Assembly: GCF_006345805.1 (NCBI RefSeq)
Contig: NC_043004.1
Coordinates: 50,158,001 to 50,222,000, forward strand
Reading direction: 5' to 3'
Length of the DNA stretch: 64,000 bases
DNA from: Octopus sinensis
Taxonomy: Eukaryota
A model generated the notes under the pieces. It was not told the DNA's origin. It did no database searches and saw only the letters and a program-made list of their open reading frames with translations. Positions 62,824 to 64,000 of the stretch are shown here, in pieces (position 1 is the stretch's first letter; each line of letters starts with the position of its first letter). The position numbers and the translations under genes were made by a program.

Positions 62824-63069
62824 AACAAAACATTGGTCTTCCGAAAAAGAAAAAACGAAACTCTACCACAACCACTACGACTGCTCCCACTAACACTACC
62901 ACTACTACAACCACCGTGGTCACTGTTACTACGGCCACAGTGAGAGAATTAAAATAGTGGAGGTGGGGGTAATTACAATTTCTCAGATCCTTAAACAGTC
63001 ACTCCCGCTGGCAGTGGTATGGCTTAGGGAAGGAAAAATTTATAAAAAGAATTTTTTTCTCTGCGAACA

Positions 63070-63660
63070 GATCTGATTTTGATTAGTCAAAAAATTGATG
63101 ACGTTTTACCCCAGTGGTCAAGCTTGTCGCCATGCTTGATTGGTTTCCCTACAAGATACAGTTATGGGTCAGGTCTAATTCTGATTCGTTAAAAAATTGA
63201 TGACGTTTTTCTTCCGTGGTCAAACTAACCAGGATACAATTATGGGTCAGATCTGACTTTGATTCGCTAAAAAATTGATGACGTTTTTCTTCCGTGGTCA
63301 AACTAGCCACCTAACAGGATACAATTATGGGTCAGATCTGACTTTGATTCGCTAAAAAATTGATGACGTTTTTCTTCCGTGGTCAAACTAGCCACCTAAC
63401 AGGATACAATTATGGGTCAGATCTGAGTTTGATTCGTTAAAAAATTGATGACGTTTTTCTTCCGTGGTCAAACTAACCAGGATACAATTATGGGTCAGAT
63501 CTGACTTTGATTCGCTAAAAAATTGATGACGTTTTTCTTCCGTGGTCAAACTAACCAGGATACAATTATGGGTCAGATCTAATTTTGATCCGCTAAAAAA
63601 TTGATGACGTTTTTCTTCCGTGGTCAAACTTGTCGTTCTGCTTGGCTGGTTTCCTAAACA
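63070..63660. repeat. Tandem array of about 7 units (78 or 85 bp; first spacing 102 bp) in the PLE 3' region
   Basis: The anchor TTGATGACG recurs at 63095, 63197, 63275, 63360, 63445, 63523 and 63601. Confidence 0.95.
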
Positions 63661-63706
63661 GGATACAGTTGGGGGTCTTTTACTTATAATCGTTGAAGCT
63701 TGGCTT

Positions 63707-63733
63707 TGATTGGTTTGGAATTATATGACGTCA
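63707..63733 (+). promoter_or_regulatory. Candidate promoter module (inverted CCAAT plus CRE) at the start of the PLE terminal repeat
   Basis: TTGATTGG...TGACGTCA. Function is inferred from motif identity only. Confidence 0.35.
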
Positions 63734-64000
63734 GTAAACAGTGCCACAACTTAACTGATATAAACACAACAATCACAAGGTTACCAAAATTACGCTAACA
63801 GTCGTCAACCAAGAATCACTACTGTTGCTCCCATCGGATCACTAGGTAAATCTATAATGAACTCCTGCACTACAGTAAGGAACGACTTACACCTTATAAT
63901 ATTTTTTTGCCTTTCAAGAACATGGATTCTATTGATTGTATATAGCATGGACTCTATTGAATGTATGTAACAATTATGAACTGTTCCATTATACTTTTTA

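Larger units (their letters stand above)
61291..64000 (+). mobile_element. Penelope-like retroelement (possibly Neptune-type) with an inverted terminal repeat at the truncated 5' end; continues past the window end
   Basis: 61497-61773 is the near-perfect reverse complement of 63727-64000. These arms flank the RT/GIY-YIG remnant and a tandem array. Inverted pseudo-LTRs on truncated copies are an established PLE trait. Confidence 0.9.

Noticed and set aside
63388-63627. 26-aa repeat peptide on the minus strand
   Set aside because: A by-product of the 78-bp unit; the 85-bp units break the frame.
63070-63660. CRISPR-like appearance of regular repeats
   Set aside because: Whole units repeat with no unique spacers, the context is eukaryotic and there are no cas genes.

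Overview
AT-rich, gene-poor animal DNA made almost entirely of microsatellites and transposon remnants. The SINE families point to a coleoid cephalopod, most likely Octopus (inference from remembered repeat families, not a database match). I found no host protein-coding gene, rRNA, true tRNA or CRISPR array, and most ORFs in the supplied track are translated microsatellites. The window holds three tRNA-headed SINE families (called A, B and C here), a CR1-group LINE, two R4/Dong-type LINEs, a Tx1-type 3' end, RTE fragments, three mariner-type elements and one DD37D-like element, Helitrons, a hAT MITE and a fold-back MITE. It ends in a 5'-truncated Penelope-like element (PLE) with an inverted terminal repeat. 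The most striking signal is a set of at least eight hammerhead-ribozyme-like motifs in PLE-type termini, most lying 30-150 nt upstream of a (TA)n run. They include two near-canonical copies, a U3-A8 core variant shared by two diverged copies, and forms with long stem II insertions. Two fold-back junctions are centred on ribozyme halves. All structures were folded by eye and none has been tested for activity.
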